Shown one piece after another: positions 26,599 through 39,529 of a stretch of 64,000 nt of DNA; position 1 is the first letter of the stretch, and each line of letters opens with the position of its first letter. Made by a program: the position numbers and the translations under genes. This DNA is from Leucoraja ocellata (taxonomy: Eukaryota): NCBI GenBank assembly GCA_036785375.1, contig JAWMAR010000064.1, positions 1,054,001 to 1,118,000 on the forward strand, in the 5' to 3' direction. The notes beneath the pieces are model-generated. The model saw only the letters and a list, made by a program, of their open reading frames with translations, was not told where the DNA came from and made no database searches.

Positions 26599-28741
26599 GA
26601 GAACTCAATGTTCATGAGTGGGAATGTGAGGTGCTTTTCCTCGAGGTTGTATTTGGCCTCACACTGGCCTTGTTTGCATGTGGCCATCACAAAGGAAAAG
26701 AAAAGCAGAGAGATAGATAGATCTTCTTATCTGACATCTGTTTAAAAGACAAACAATTGAGTCACAGCAGTCTCAGAAGGATTTTGTAGTGAAGCTATTT
26801 AGCAAATGAGCAACGGGTAAGAACATTGTTTTTCATCAACATTTGCAATATCAACACTATAGCAAGCCGCGGGGGGGGGGGGGGGGGGAGTAGTTTTTCA
26901 TGAGATGATTCAGATGTGTTGTCGCCAATGGTATTAAGTACTTACAGATGGACCTTTTCCAAGGTTGGCAGTAATTCAGTTTGAATGGTCTTTGCAGCTT
27001 TTTAATTTTATAATATTTACTTGAGCTGTCTTTCTACATGTTTCTTTCCTGGTAATTAAAAAGATGGTTAAGTGTGGCATCAAGGGCAACAATTGAGGTT
27101 GTCCTCAAACACAACCTTGATTCAGGCACGGTTGTGGATGGAGATTTTCAACAACTTCTATCTTCTATGGAGGAAACTGTAGTTAAGATACAGCTGTTGA
27201 CACAGAATACACCTGGTGTCTTGTGGGTTTCTTGCGTGAAACCAGAAGCAGATTAGACGCATCACTTAAGATATTGCTGAATATGTAAATGAACAAGTGT
27301 ATATCGCATCTGAATGACGTTCCTTAGCCTGTTGATATCAGATATCCATGAACAAAATCCTTCTGACCGTTTGTCATTGTGAACTAGGCTCTGTCGACCA
27401 GGCGGTGCCCGTAATGTGTTGCCTCGCCAATAGTTTGTCGCGTCCATTCCTTCTTTGTTGTTTTTAGTACGTTAAATGTATGTTTTAGTGTACTTTAGCT
27501 TGTTTTATGTGTGTGTGTTTTTTTAGTGTGGCTGTATCGTAATCGAGTTTCACTGTACCTTAATTAGTGCCTGTGACCATAAACTGACCATGAAACCTTG
27601 AAACCTTGAAAGCTTGATATGCATAAAGTTGACAAAAACACCTCAGTTGCATATAAACCCTAATACTACAGGCAAATTGTACATATTTACACAGAGACAG
27701 CTCTCATGGTGGAACCGCAGTAGTCCTCACCAGATGTAGCTTTAGACTTTAGAGATACAACGTGGGAACAGGCCCTTCGGCTCACCTGGTCCACGCTAAC
27801 CCTGCACACTAACACTATCCTACACATTAGGGGCAATTTACAATTTACAGAAACCAATTAACCTACAAACCTGTTCGTGTTTGAAGTGTGGGAGAAAACT
27901 GGAGCATCGCGAGGAAACCCACACGATCACGGGGAGAGCATACAAACTCTGTACAGACAGCACCCGTAATCAGGATCAAACCCTGGTGTCTGACGCTGTA
28001 AGGCAGCCACTCTACTGCTGTGCTACCTTGCTGCTGTAAATGAATTTGGACAAATGTGGATTACAGTGAGGAATTCCAGTGCAATTCCTCACCTGTGGAA
28101 AATAGGCATTTGTGCAAAAACCATCATATCTGTGCTGGTTAAACGTCAATCATTTCACAGTTCCTGTATTGAGTTTACGTCTCCAGTTGGATGAGATCAG
28201 CAATTTTCATTTGCGTCAAATCAAAACAGAAAATGCTGGAATCACTCGGCAGGTCAGGCAGCATCAGTGGAAAGCGAAATAGTTTATGTTTCATGCGTAA
28301 AATCCTCCATCCTGACTGGGAAAGGGAGAAAGAAAATACATTAATTTTCATAGCACAGGAGGAGGAGGAGGAGGGATGAGTAGAACAAAGGGATTATCAC
28401 TGAAACAGTGAAACCAAATTGGTTAAAATGGCATTGAGAAAGTCTGTTGAACACGTTGCTCACAGTGAGGCTATGGGATATGCCCTGCAGGTTAGATTGG
28501 AGACCGAGAAACGGAACCAAATCACAAATGGATGACCGGGAGAAATGGCCATTCTGCCACACTCAGAAAGAAAGAATGTAATGATAGAGAGTTTGATATC
28601 ATCATCATTGGCAGTCACTCAAAAAGGAGTATGTCTGTCCTCTCCTCTCCATAGGGTCGTAGGGTGGATTCCATATATGGAGGATGCCTGTGCGTGACTT
28701 TGTTTAACGTGGGTGCACAGACAGATGTCCTTGACAGATCT

Positions 28742-28957
28742 TTTTTTTTAAATAATCTTATTTATATAGCACATTTTTAGTCAACTTGCATTGACCCCAA
28801 AGTGCTTCACATAATTACATTACATTTACACACAGGCAAAGGTGGTGAAGTGTCTTGCCCCAAGGACACAACGACAGTATGCACTCCAAGCGGGATTCGA
28901 ACCGGCTACCTTCCGGTCGCCAGCCGAACACTTAGCCCATTGCGCCATCTGTCGTCC
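28742..28957 (-). mobile_element. tRNA-derived SINE with poly(A), distinct from HE1
   Basis: A box TGGCGCAATGG, B box GGTTCGAATCC, CORE-like GTGTCCTTGGGGCAAGACACTT; TSD CAGATCT at 28735-28741 and 28958-28964. Confidence 0.85.
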
Positions 28958-29199
28958 CAGATCTGGGTCAGGATCCAGTGGCATGGAGTCCAAGATGACC
29001 GGAGATCCTTTTCTGCTGCAGCCTTCATCCGCCTTCCCAGCCGTTGTGACGCTCCACTAAAGTCAGCCATCATCCTCCGCCTGTTCCGCCGTTGAGGTCT
29101 TGGTTGGATTGCTCTTTGTCAGGGACCTCTCCCTCGACCTTACCACCATGGATACCAGGAGCATAGTTCCAGATGGCTTCGCTCACAAGATCTCAGGAC

Positions 29200-30278
29200 C
29201 AGGGCCGGCCTTAGAAGGTGCGGGGCCAATTGGGAACAATTTTGGTGAGTCCCAGGTTCCCAGCCAAGGTCTGTAGCATCATAGAAAATACAAATAAAGT
29301 CTATTATAGACTTTATATCTCTATGGTAGAATGGAAAGTAATCAAAATATGCGCTTGAAAAATGCCTGCGAGTTAATGGACCAAACAGATCTAAGCTACA
29401 TTTTAATAAAAAAGTGCATGCATTTAAGCCTACAAGTAACAAACAAAATGTGTAGATCACCTCTGAAAAGTACATAGTTACAATACCACTTGTTTTTAGT
29501 GACTGTGAAATGAAATTATATATTTTGTAATTAAAAAATTACTATTGGCTAAAAACCAGTCCAGGCATTAAATGTTGGGTTTCNNNNNNNNNNNNNNNNN
29601 NNNNNNNNNNNNNNNNNNNNNNNNNNNNNNNNNNNNNNNNNNNNNNNNNNNNNNNNNNNNNNNNNNNNNNNNNNNNNNNNNNNNNNNNNNNNNNNNNNNN
29701 NNNNNNNNNNNNNNNNNNNNNNNNNNNNNNNNNNNNNNNNNNNNNNNNNNNNNNNNNNNNNNNNNNNNNNNNNNNNNNNNNNNGAAGGAAGGAGAGAAGG
29801 GAGGAGCGATGAAGGGAAGGGCAAAGGAGGGATAGAAGGGGAGGAGAGAAGGGAGGGAGAGGGCCAGCGGCAGGAGCAGATGCCAGGGTCCGGGCAGACG
29901 GGTGTGAGCTGTATGTGACAAATAAACTTGACTTGACTTGACTTGAGCTGAGGCCGATGTTTGTAAACGTTGCTCCAACCTCCATCCGGCCTCTCTGTAT
30001 TGTTCACCGCGTCTCCCGGAAAGGAGAGTGGTGGAGCCGGGGCTGTGTGCGTGAAGCACGGTGACTGGAGGGGGCGGGAGCGCTGCCACCTCCCTCTTTC
30101 CATTCCCCCTCACACCCCATCCCCGTCTATCCCTTTCTTCCCCCTCTACCCCTCTACACTCTCTCCACCCTCTCTCCCCCTTCACCTGAGCCGAGAGTAG
30201 ATTACTCTGGCGTGGGGTCCCCCTTAGGCGCGGGCCCAATTGGGAGCAATCGGTCCAATCGGCTAAAGGCCGACCCTG
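29200..30278. mobile_element. Non-autonomous hAT-type DNA transposon (spans an assembly gap)
   Basis: TIRs CAGGGCCGGCCTTAG / CTAAAGGCCGACCCTG; 8-bp TSD CTCAGGAC / TTCAGGAC. Confidence 0.85.
29584..29783. other. Assembly gap (200 N)
   Basis: Run of N. Confidence 1.
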
Positions 30279-30907
30279 TTCAGGACCACACAAGCTTCTC
30301 CACCACGACAATAGAGTTCTGAAGACTGCTCTGTGCCTAGGCTGAAGTGTGTGTAGGATCTCTTTGTAACAGTGCAGGAAGCCACAGACCAAAGGGTTCG
30401 AGTGGAAATGGAGTGCAAAATTAATTGTCAGGCAACGGAACTCCCTGTGACTGGTCAAAGACTTACCTTTCGAGAAAATCATTAGCGATGAAATAACTGG
30501 GAGACAGCAATTGAGTCTTCACAAGGGGACAGGGTGGGAAGAAGTGGAAACCAAGATTGCTGTGCGACCCTATGGGTTTGTAAAGGCTAGAACATTCAAC
30601 ATCGAACAGTACATCACATAACGGGCCATTCGGCCCACAATGTCTGTGCCGAAGATGATGCCGTTAAACTTATTTCATCTGCTGATCAATATCCTTCTTT
30701 TCCCTGCACTTCCATGTAAAAGCCTCTAAGCAGCACTATCATTTCTGTCTCTGGCAATTTATTCCAGGCCATCGCCACTAACTATGTATAAAATGTGCCC
30801 CTCACATCTCCATTAAACTTCCCCCTCTCATCTCATAGCTATGTCTTCTAATGTTGGACGTTTCCACTCTGGGAAAAAGCCTCTGTCTAACCTATCTATG
30901 CCCCTCA

Positions 30908-31320
30908 TCTATATTACTAAAACTCTGTTCTTGACCGGTTCGGCTTCTGTGCTGCGGTTTCCGAGAGTATGCCGCCACCTACGGCTGTCATTTTTGGCCA
31001 CCTCGCTCAGAGCCCCCTCCGCCGCGTATGTGCCGAGGATTTTTCCCGTCGATGAAAATTGACAGAGATATTAATGTTTTTACAACATTCCCCATTCTCT
31101 CTGCTGCCCCTGCTGGAGGGAGGGGGAGCAACTATAAAACCAGGAAGTGGTGTGCCTCAATTAGTCTCTGCAAGTGGTGTGCCTCAATCAGAGCTTTGAA
31201 TGACTGACAAATGTCTACAGCACTGTGAGTACCCTTAATTTGGTTGAAAATGGAAAATATGGTTAGAGGTAAAAAAGCACTCTCTGCAAATAGTTGTTTG
31301 GGTTGAAGTAAAAAGTCTCT
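30908..31320 (+). mobile_element. Probable Helitron-type element, 5' part
   Basis: Begins A|TCTATATTACTAAAA, interrupting a CR1 tail; CpG-rich body; 3' CTRR end not seen. Confidence 0.5.
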
Positions 31321-31540
31321 CTCTTTTTTTTTTTTTTTTTTTTACAGCTAATGCCAGCACATGACAATATTCAAAGCAGACAGTAAAGCAGTTCTATAAT
31401 TGTCTGTTTCAGTCGATTTATGCATTAAGTAGATAACAAAGTGAATCCAGATATTACTTGAATAAGATCAATGATTGCATACTTCCTCAAATTGCCAAGT
31501 AATGGTGACCACATGATAAATATTAACTATCTACTCCTCC

Positions 31541-31781
31541 NNNNNNNNNNNNNNNNNNNNNNNNNNNNNNNNNNNNNNNNNNNNNNNNNNNNNNNNNNNN
31601 NNNNNNNNNNNNNNNNNNNNNNNNNNNNNNNNNNNNNNNNNNNNNNNNNNNNNNNNNNNNNNNNNNNNNNNNNNNNNNNNNNNNNNNNNNNNNNNNNNNN
31701 NNNNNNNNNNNNNNNNNNNNNNNNNNNNNNNNNNNNNNNNNNNNNNNNNNNNNNNNNNNNNNNNNNNNNNNNNNNNNNNNN
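31541..31781. other. Assembly gap (241 N)
   Basis: Run of N. Confidence 1.
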
Positions 31782-33342
31782 NTGAGCACATGCCAGTGCC
31801 CGTTGTTTTCCCCTTGGGAAAGTGAGTAGAGTGAGAATCATGTGATAGGAGCAGTATTAGGCCATTTGGCCCATCATGTCTATATCATTCAATCATGGCT
31901 GATCTATCTCTCCTTCCTAACCTCATTATCCTGGCTTCTCCCTATAACCTCTGACACCCCTACTAATCAAGAATCTATTTATTTCTGCCTTAAATGTATC
32001 CATTGAGGGAATAGGGAATAGAGAATGTGAGAATTTGTTCAGCTATGCCCACTCTTAGTTATCTCTCCGAGAACTTATACATTTATAAATTTCTGAGCAT
32101 ACGCAAACTGCTGACAGATGAGACTTCAGATACAGGAAACAAGCAGAAAGCAAACTGCTGGTCAGGCTGAGGGAAATAGACCATTGATGATGTTTTATGT
32201 CGGTACCTTTCCGAAAAGTCATCTGGGTCTTTCCCGCCACAGATGTCGACTCACTCAGTTCCCCCAGCAGTTTGTCTTTTACTAAAGTATAGATTGCTAT
32301 TAACTATCATATTAATTTATTTGGTTTCTTTCTATTCTGATTTATTCCCTTTGTTCTACCCATCTCTCCCTCACCTGTATCACTGAAAACTAACTTGTTA
32401 CCTCTCTTTCCCTGCCCGGGCAAAAGGTCCCACATTCTTTCCACAGGTGCTTACTGACCTGCTGAGTGTTTCCATCATTTTAATTTTTGTTTTTTTCAGT
32501 TTTACAGATACAGCGCGGAAACAGGCTCTTTCGGCCCAGCGGGTCCGCAGCTACCAGCGGTCCCCACACATTAACACTATCCTATACCCATTAGGGGCAA
32601 TTTTTGCATCTACCATGCCAATGAACCTACATACCTGTACGTCTTTGGAGTGTGGGAGGGGAGCGAAGATCCTGGAGAAAACCCATGCAGGTCACGGGGG
32701 GATGTAGTCAGGATCGAACCCAAGTCTCCGGCCCTGCATTGCTGTAAGGCAACAACTCTACCTCTGCGCCACCGTGCCGCCCATATTTATTTATTGCTTT
32801 TATTTCAGATACTAAAATCTGCTTTTCTTACCTTTTTTCATTTACGTATTGACGACAACATAATGCTCAAGTGATTTTATGCAAGTGAATTTGACCGATA
32901 GCATGTCAATGAACTTGGAAGAAGTGTAAGATATCGAAAAAAAATATAGAGATTCATTCCAGAATTGAAGGCTTTGACAAAAGAAGCAATCGTGTTTGAC
33001 ACTGGGATGAAGAGGTGGGGCAGGGCACAAGACATTTGACATAAAACATAAAACATAGAACTTAGAATTGCACAGCACAGGAGCAGGTCCTTCAGGTCAC
33101 AGTGTCTGTTCTGCACATGATCACAACTTAAACTAATCATTTATGCCTGTGTGCTTTCCACATCCCTCCAATCCACGAGTAGGATAAAGAATGCAGATCC
33201 TTGGTTTGTTGTGCAACTAGAAATATTTAGAAAAGTAGTAAAGAGATGCTGAGATGAATATGAGACTAGGAATTATGAATGATGATTGGATGAATAAAGG
33301 AACTAACATTGGCCATCATACACAGACAGGCAGGTCACAGAA

Positions 33343-34108
33343 GTGATGGCACTGCCATGCAGCTGCGGCTCGCCTGCAGTACGTCTGTCTTATATATTTT
33401 TTTGTTTTCTTGTTAGACGTATGTTTTAGTTTATTTTTAGTTGTGTATGTGTGGGGGGTGGGGGAAACTTGTTTTGGTCTCTTCCTTCGGGGGGATGCGA
33501 CCTTTTCTTGGTTGTATCTCCGTCTCCGTCTGCGCTGAGACCTAATCGTGGAGCTGGCGGCCTCCAACTGGGACCGACTTCGAGGCTCCGGAGGCAGAGC
33601 CAGGACTCACCATCGCGAGGCTGGTCGACTTCGGGGCTGTGGTGGCGCTGCGGCTGCAACCCGACTGGAGCCTCGGAGGCTTCGGCCGTGGGCCCAGTGG
33701 ACGACATTGTCAGGAGCTCGCAGGTCGCAGGTTGGTGACCGATTCTCCAGAGCTCCCGCAACAACAGCTTCGTCTGCTGGACTGGAGGGTGGCAGCTTCG
33801 ACCGCCCCGGGCTGCGGAGTTTGAACCGGCCCGTTCGCGGAGCTCGGATTCGGCCGCGGGACATACTATCACCCAGCGGGGGGGGGGGGGGCCAACATCG
33901 ATAGCCTGGATCGCCTCAACGCATCAGGAGAACAAGGAAGGAAGAGACAAGGACTTTAAGACTTTTGCCTTCCATCACAGTGAGGAGGTGCCTGGTAGAC
34001 TCACTGTGGTGGATGTTAAACTGTGTTCATTGTGTGTTCTGTTATTTTATTTTCTGTCATGACTGCAAGGTATGCATTTTGTTCAAACTATGTTTGAATG
34101 ACAACAAA
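33343..34108 (+). mobile_element. CpG-rich non-autonomous retroelement with LINE-like 3' hairpin
   Basis: 3' ~250 nt shared with 4322-4646 (GCCTTCCATCACAGTGAGGAGGTGCCTGG..CTCACTGTGGTGGATG); no coding frame. Confidence 0.7.
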
Positions 34109-34206
34109 GGAAACTTTATACTTTATACGGTTCAGGACATGTTACAGATTAGGATCTGAGAGAGTTTGAAATCATGGTGAATGAAAAATAGCGACTCTCA
34201 AAATAT

Positions 34207-35252
34207 TTAGTGTTTAAGAAGGAACTGCAGATGCTGGAGAATCGAAGGTACACAAAAAAGCTGGAGAAACTCAGCGGGTGCAGCAGCATCTATGGAGCGA
34301 AGGAAATAGGCAACGTTTCGGGCCGAAACCCTTCTTCAGACTGATCGGGGGCGGGGGTGGGCGGGGACAAGAAAGGAAAAAGGAGGAGGAGCCCGAAGGC
34401 TGAGGGATGGGAGGGGACAGCAGGGGGACTGAGGAAGGGGAGGAGACAGCAAGGACTAACAAAATTGGGAGAATTCGATGTTCATGCCCCCAGGATGCAG
34501 ACTCCCCAAACGGAATATGAGGTGCTGTTCCTCCAATTTCCGGTGCTGCTCGCTGTGGCCATGGAGGAGACCAAGGACAGAGAGGTCGGAGACGGAGTGG
34601 GAGGGGGAGTTGAAGTGCTAAGCCACCGGGAGGTCAGCTTGGTTTTTGCGGACCGAGCGGAGGTGTTCGGTGAAACGATCGCCCAACCTCCGCTTGGTCT
34701 CACCGATATAGATCTGCTGACATCTAGAGCAGCGGACGCAATAGATGAGGTTGGAAGAGATGCAGGTAAACCTCTGTCGCACCTGGAACGATTGCTTGGG
34801 TCCTTGAACGGAGTCGAGGGGGGAGGTAAAGGGACAAGTGTTGCATCTCTTGCGGTTGCAAGGGAAAGTGCCCGGGGAAGGGGTGGTACGAGAGGGAAGG
34901 GAAGAATTGACAAGGGAGTTATGGAGGGAGTGTTCTTTGCGGAAGGCAGATATGGGGGGAGATGGGAAGATGTGGCGAGTGGTGGGGTCACGTTGGAGGT
35001 GGTGAAACTGACGGAGGATTATTTTTGTATGTGACGGCTGGTGGGGTGAAAGGTGGGGACTAGGGGGACTCGGCCCTTGTTGCGAGTGGGGGTATGGGGA
35101 GAGAGAGCAGTATGGCGGGGTATGGAAGAGACCCTGGTGCGAGCCTCATTTATGGTGGAGGAGGGGAACCCCCGTTCCCTGAATAATGAGGACATTTCAG
35201 ATGTCCTGGTGTGGAACGCCTCATCCGTGGAGCAGATGCGGCGTAGACGGAG
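34207..35252 (-). mobile_element. Penelope-like element, 5'-truncated, young
   Basis: Minus strand NLIYCVRCSRCQQIYIGETKRRLGDRFTEHL (GIY-YIG); 14-bp TSD GACTCTCAAAATAT at 34193-34206 and 35253-35266. Confidence 0.9.
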
Positions 35253-35687
35253 GACTCTCAAAATATGTTTTTAATTATTTTATTCCCCTTTTCAATTGAT
35301 CCATGCAAGCAATCTCACTTGCAAAAACAACCTGCAACAATGCATTCTCACGGGTCATTTATTAAGTTGCAGAGAAAAGGAAGTCTGGTCTTAAATTTAC
35401 TATCCAAAATAGTCTTTCATTTCAAATGATTCTGAATAAAAATATCTTTAAAGAGGTTGTGCTGGATAATGATCAAGATAAGGATGTCAACACTTATATA
35501 TAATGTTATGAAGTATGATTTGCAGATAAATTGTGTCAACATTGTTCAGGTGTTCAGACAAAATAATCCTCCAGCCAAGTTTTTTACGCTGTTTACATGT
35601 GCAACATGACTAATCATTGCATTGTGTGGAACAATAACTGCAAATAGTCGGTTGGCTCGTCACACTGTTGTAAATTCTATCTTTCAG

Positions 35688-35811
35688 ACATCAATGAATG
35701 TTTTGGTGGTAATTGTGGTCAGATCTGTACCAACATGCCAGGCTCACAGCCCTGCTCCAACATGGCTGGTTACATGTTAGAGGACAATATAATGGTCAGG
35801 TCATCCAAACC
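35688..35811 (+). pseudogene. Degenerate calcium-binding EGF pseudo-exon in EGF intron 1
   Basis: Acceptor attctatctttcag| then phase-1 frame (x)INECFGGNCGQICTNMPGSQPCSNMAGYMLEDNIMVRSSKP*; Cys5 and Cys6 absent; nearest GT (35812) is one nt out of phase. Confidence 0.75.
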
Positions 35812-36014
35812 GTAATCGCTGATTACATCGTGCTTTAAAGCAAACGGAATGCAAGAGTAGAGCAAAAACAAAAATATAAATGGAAACTTAATATTTTAAC
35901 ACTACTGAGGCATCTGATCAACATTCATGCTGAGTTCAACACAAAAACCTGGAGTAACTCAGCGGGTCAGATAGCATCTCTGGGGAAAAGGATCACTTGG
36001 CTACATTTTTTTTA

Positions 36015-37615
36015 GTTTAGTTTAATTTATTGTTATGTGTACTGAGGTGCAGTGAAAAGCTTTTAGTCACAGGCAATCCAGTCAGCGGAAAGACCACACA
36101 TGATTCCAATTGAGTCATCCACAGTGTACAGCTACAGGATAAAGGGAATAACGTTTAGTGCAAAATAAAGTCTGATTAAAGGTAGTCCGAGTATCTCCAA
36201 TGAAGTAGGTAGTAGCTTAGGACCGCTCTCTAGTTGCTGTTAGGATGTTTCCTAACTGTCCCTGAATCTGGAGGTGTGTTTTTTCACACCTCTGTAGCTC
36301 TTGTCTGTTTGGAGAGGGGAGTAGTCCTTGATTAAGCTGGTGACCTTGCCAAGGCAGCGTGAGTGTAGATGGAGTCAATGGAAAGTTGGCTTGTGTGATT
36401 ATCTGGGCTGCATCCTCAATTCTCTGCAATTTCTTGCAGTTTTGGATGGAGCTGTTCCCAAACAATGCTGTGATGCATCTCGATTAAATGCTTTTTACGA
36501 CGCTTTTGTAGAACTCGGTGAGGGTTGGCGACACGCAGAACTTCCTAAATATTCTAAGGATGTATAGACATTGGTGTGCTTTCATGGCCAGTGCTTCGAT
36601 ATGGCTAGTCCATGACAGGTTGCTGGTTATATTTTCTCCTAGGAACTTGAAGCTTTCCACCATCTCTACTTTAACGCCGTCAATGTATAACATTGATATG
36701 TGTAAAGGGCATGTCCCACCAGCATGCGATTGCATGCGTCTAGCGCGCCCAAACGTGGTCGCTTGAGGCGTACGGCCTCACGGGGCATGTCCCACTTCAA
36801 TCGGCGGAGGTGTATGGAGTTGTGTGGGGCTGGTCCCGACATCGCGCGGGGTTCCAAAAATCTTGCACTGTCCGAAGATCCTGCGCGAAAAACGGCCTGA
36901 CGGCCCGCAGGCGCATTGAGGGCGTACGCAGTGTCTCGACGGCCGTACGCAGCGTCTTGACGTCATACACAGCGTCTTGACGGCGTACGCCTAGCGCGTG
37001 GCGTTGCGCGATGACGTCACCGCCCGGCGTGCCGTTGCGTGATGACATCACCGCCCGACGCCTTGCGACGTCCAAATTCAGTCGACCCGCCTCCTGCCCA
37101 GCTGATTGGTCAGTTTGATGTCGGGAGCAGCCCTGCACAACTCCATACGTTTCCGCTGTTCGAATTGAGACTGGCCCCGCACGGCTGTACTCCTCAAGCG
37201 ACCACGTTTGGTCGCGCTAGACGCATGCAATCGCATGCTGGTGGGACAGGCCCTTAACGCTTTGCTTCTTTAAGGTTGATCACTATCTCCTTTGTCTTGC
37301 TGGCATTGCTAGAAAGGTTGTTGCCTTGACACCAGGTCATGAGGTTCTCAATCGCACGGTCCTGTACTCAATGTTGTCATTATTTGATAGCCAGCCCACT
37401 ACAGTGGTGTCATCTGCGAATTTGTAAATTGGGTTTGATTTGTACATGGCTGCACAGTGTGTGGATCTAAAAGGAGTAAAGAAGGGGGATGAGAACGCAT
37501 CCTTGTGGAGCACCAGTTTTGAGGAATATCATAGAGGATGATTTGTCACCTATCCTCACTAATTGTGGTTTGTTGGTCAGGAAGTCGATGATCCAATTGC
37601 AGAGATGAGTGCTGA
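36015..37615 (-). mobile_element. Decayed Rex1/Babar-like LINE (RT to 3' end), split by a MITE
   Basis: Minus strand IYKFADDTTVVG and VESFKFLG..ITSNLSW. Confidence 0.75.
36706..37254. mobile_element. PIF/Harbinger-type MITE, long inverted arms, CpG-rich
   Basis: AGGGCATGTCCCACCAGCATGCGATTGCATGCG...CGCATGCAATCGCATGCTGGTGGGACAGGCCCT; TAA TSD. Confidence 0.88.
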
Positions 37616-39529
37616 CCAAATTCCAATTCATTCAAATAAATGTCATATCAAGTGATATTCTAAGTTAGAGACTTCTCTGCCCACTAGTGTTTTCATTGGT
37701 TTTGGCATTCGGACAAGGATTATTTGAAAGTTGCCAAAAATGCTGGAGAAACTCAGTGGGTGAGGCAGCATCTATGGAGCGAAGGAATGTCATTGCATTT
37801 TGGTTTCACCTCTTTCTGAGCTCAAAATGGTAGAGATAGAATCCCAAGGTTTGGAAGACCTTGTTTAGCAGAGTTCAGGAGAAATATGGGGGTCAGATGG
37901 ATAGCAATTGTCGCTGAAACTGGTCCAAAATTGTATTACATAGGCAACCTAGAACTAAAGGTTGTAAACGGAGCAGATGGAGAACTGTTGGCAAATATCT
38001 CAGCTGGGCGTTAAATTCTTAGGAAAAACCCAAGCCTAAGCACTTCAGCGTTCTAATGACATTTACGCAAATGAAGTCTACAGATTCTAAATATGCTAAC
38101 ACCCGTCTGTTCTCTGCAAACAGAAATTCCCAAACCCGGTGGAGTATGCCAGTATATATGAAGTAACAACGTATGAAATGCTTTGCCTGGAGCCGGTCAT
38201 TAATCTGCATGGTCTTACAATGCTGTCCACATAGGTCCCATGTAGTGGGAAGGAGACCCTGAGAATCTCACGGTCAAACAATATTGCTTTTCTGCTGCTG
38301 AAAGGAATCTGAACTATTTGATAAACAAGTGACAATTAGCCCTGGTGCATAAATGATGACGGTGAATTGCAAGGGAATTGCATGTAAATAAAGATAAAAT
38401 TGATAAATCTGCTAACTAATGAATTGAACTATTACACATGCTGTTCTTTATCATTATATTTGCATTTTTTTTGCAGGAATATTTCCTTTTTCTTTGTTTC
38501 TTTTCACTGCAATAGATTTCCTCAGTGCCAATACAGATTCCTCAACACATTGTAACTCCATTCTTTCATTAATGTGACGGTGGGACCAAAAGTGACATGA
38601 TTACATTTTTCTTCATTCAATGATTTCCCCCCTGCTGAGTACCTTAACTTTAAAACTTTACTGATATTGGACAACCACTAAGCCAGAAATCACAAATGGA
38701 AAACAAATAAACTGCAGATGCTGGAATCTGAAACAAAAATGAGAAATGCTGAAAGAACTCAGCCAGTCAAGCAGCATCTTAGTTTAGAGATACACCGTGG
38801 AAACAGGCCCTTCGGCACACCGAGTCCACAATGGCTCGCGATCCCCGCACATTAACACAAGCCTACGCACACTAGGGACAATTTACACTGAGAAAATCCA
38901 CACAGTCAGGGGAAGAATGTACAAACTCCGTACAGACAGCACCCGTAGTTGGGATCAACCCCGGGGTCTCTGGAGCTGCAAACACTGTAAGGCAGCAACT
39001 CTGCTAACGCTGCACCACCGTGCTGCCCTATGGAAAGAGAAAACAGTTAATGTTTTGGGTCAAATACCTTTCATTATAAATAGAAACATAGATTGCAGCA
39101 GATTGTAATTCCCAGCTGTTCTGGGAATACTTATTTCATGAAGGAGACTTTATTGAGTAGATTTCACTTGGACAAAGCTGGCATCTTCTGAGCCGGCATT
39201 TTGCAGTACCAAATTATACCTCAAACTCGAGCTTTTGCAATAAAAAAAGTGCTATGTTAATTATGAAATACAAACTACATGCTCACTGATACATTTGAAA
39301 CTTGATTACATCGCATTCTTGCTCAGCATGGTTGCAAGGTACTTTCAGTTTTTCAGGAATAAGTACACGAGTCAAGAAGATTGAAACAGGAGACAATTTA
39401 TTTTTGAGTTGTTATGTTCACATTTGATGGCTGTTACTCTATTTCTCCCCAATACGATTCCAGCCCTTCCCATATTCCTGCTGATGGCATTGACAGTAGC
39501 TGAGGAAATGCTAATGGTGGTTCACACAA

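Larger units (their letters stand above)
28598..30312 (-). mobile_element. RTE-derived non-autonomous element hosting two insertions
   Basis: Minus strand starts TTGTCGTGGTGGAGAAGCTTGTGTGGTCCTGA (RTE/BovB-like 5'UTR) and ends in (GAT)n; continuous once the two inserts are removed. Confidence 0.65.

Noticed and set aside
29542-31841. Long ORFs containing X runs
   Set aside because: Artefacts of translating through N gaps.
34357-35034. 225-aa plus-strand Gly/Glu-rich ORF
   Set aside because: Antisense shadow of the Penelope GIY-YIG region.
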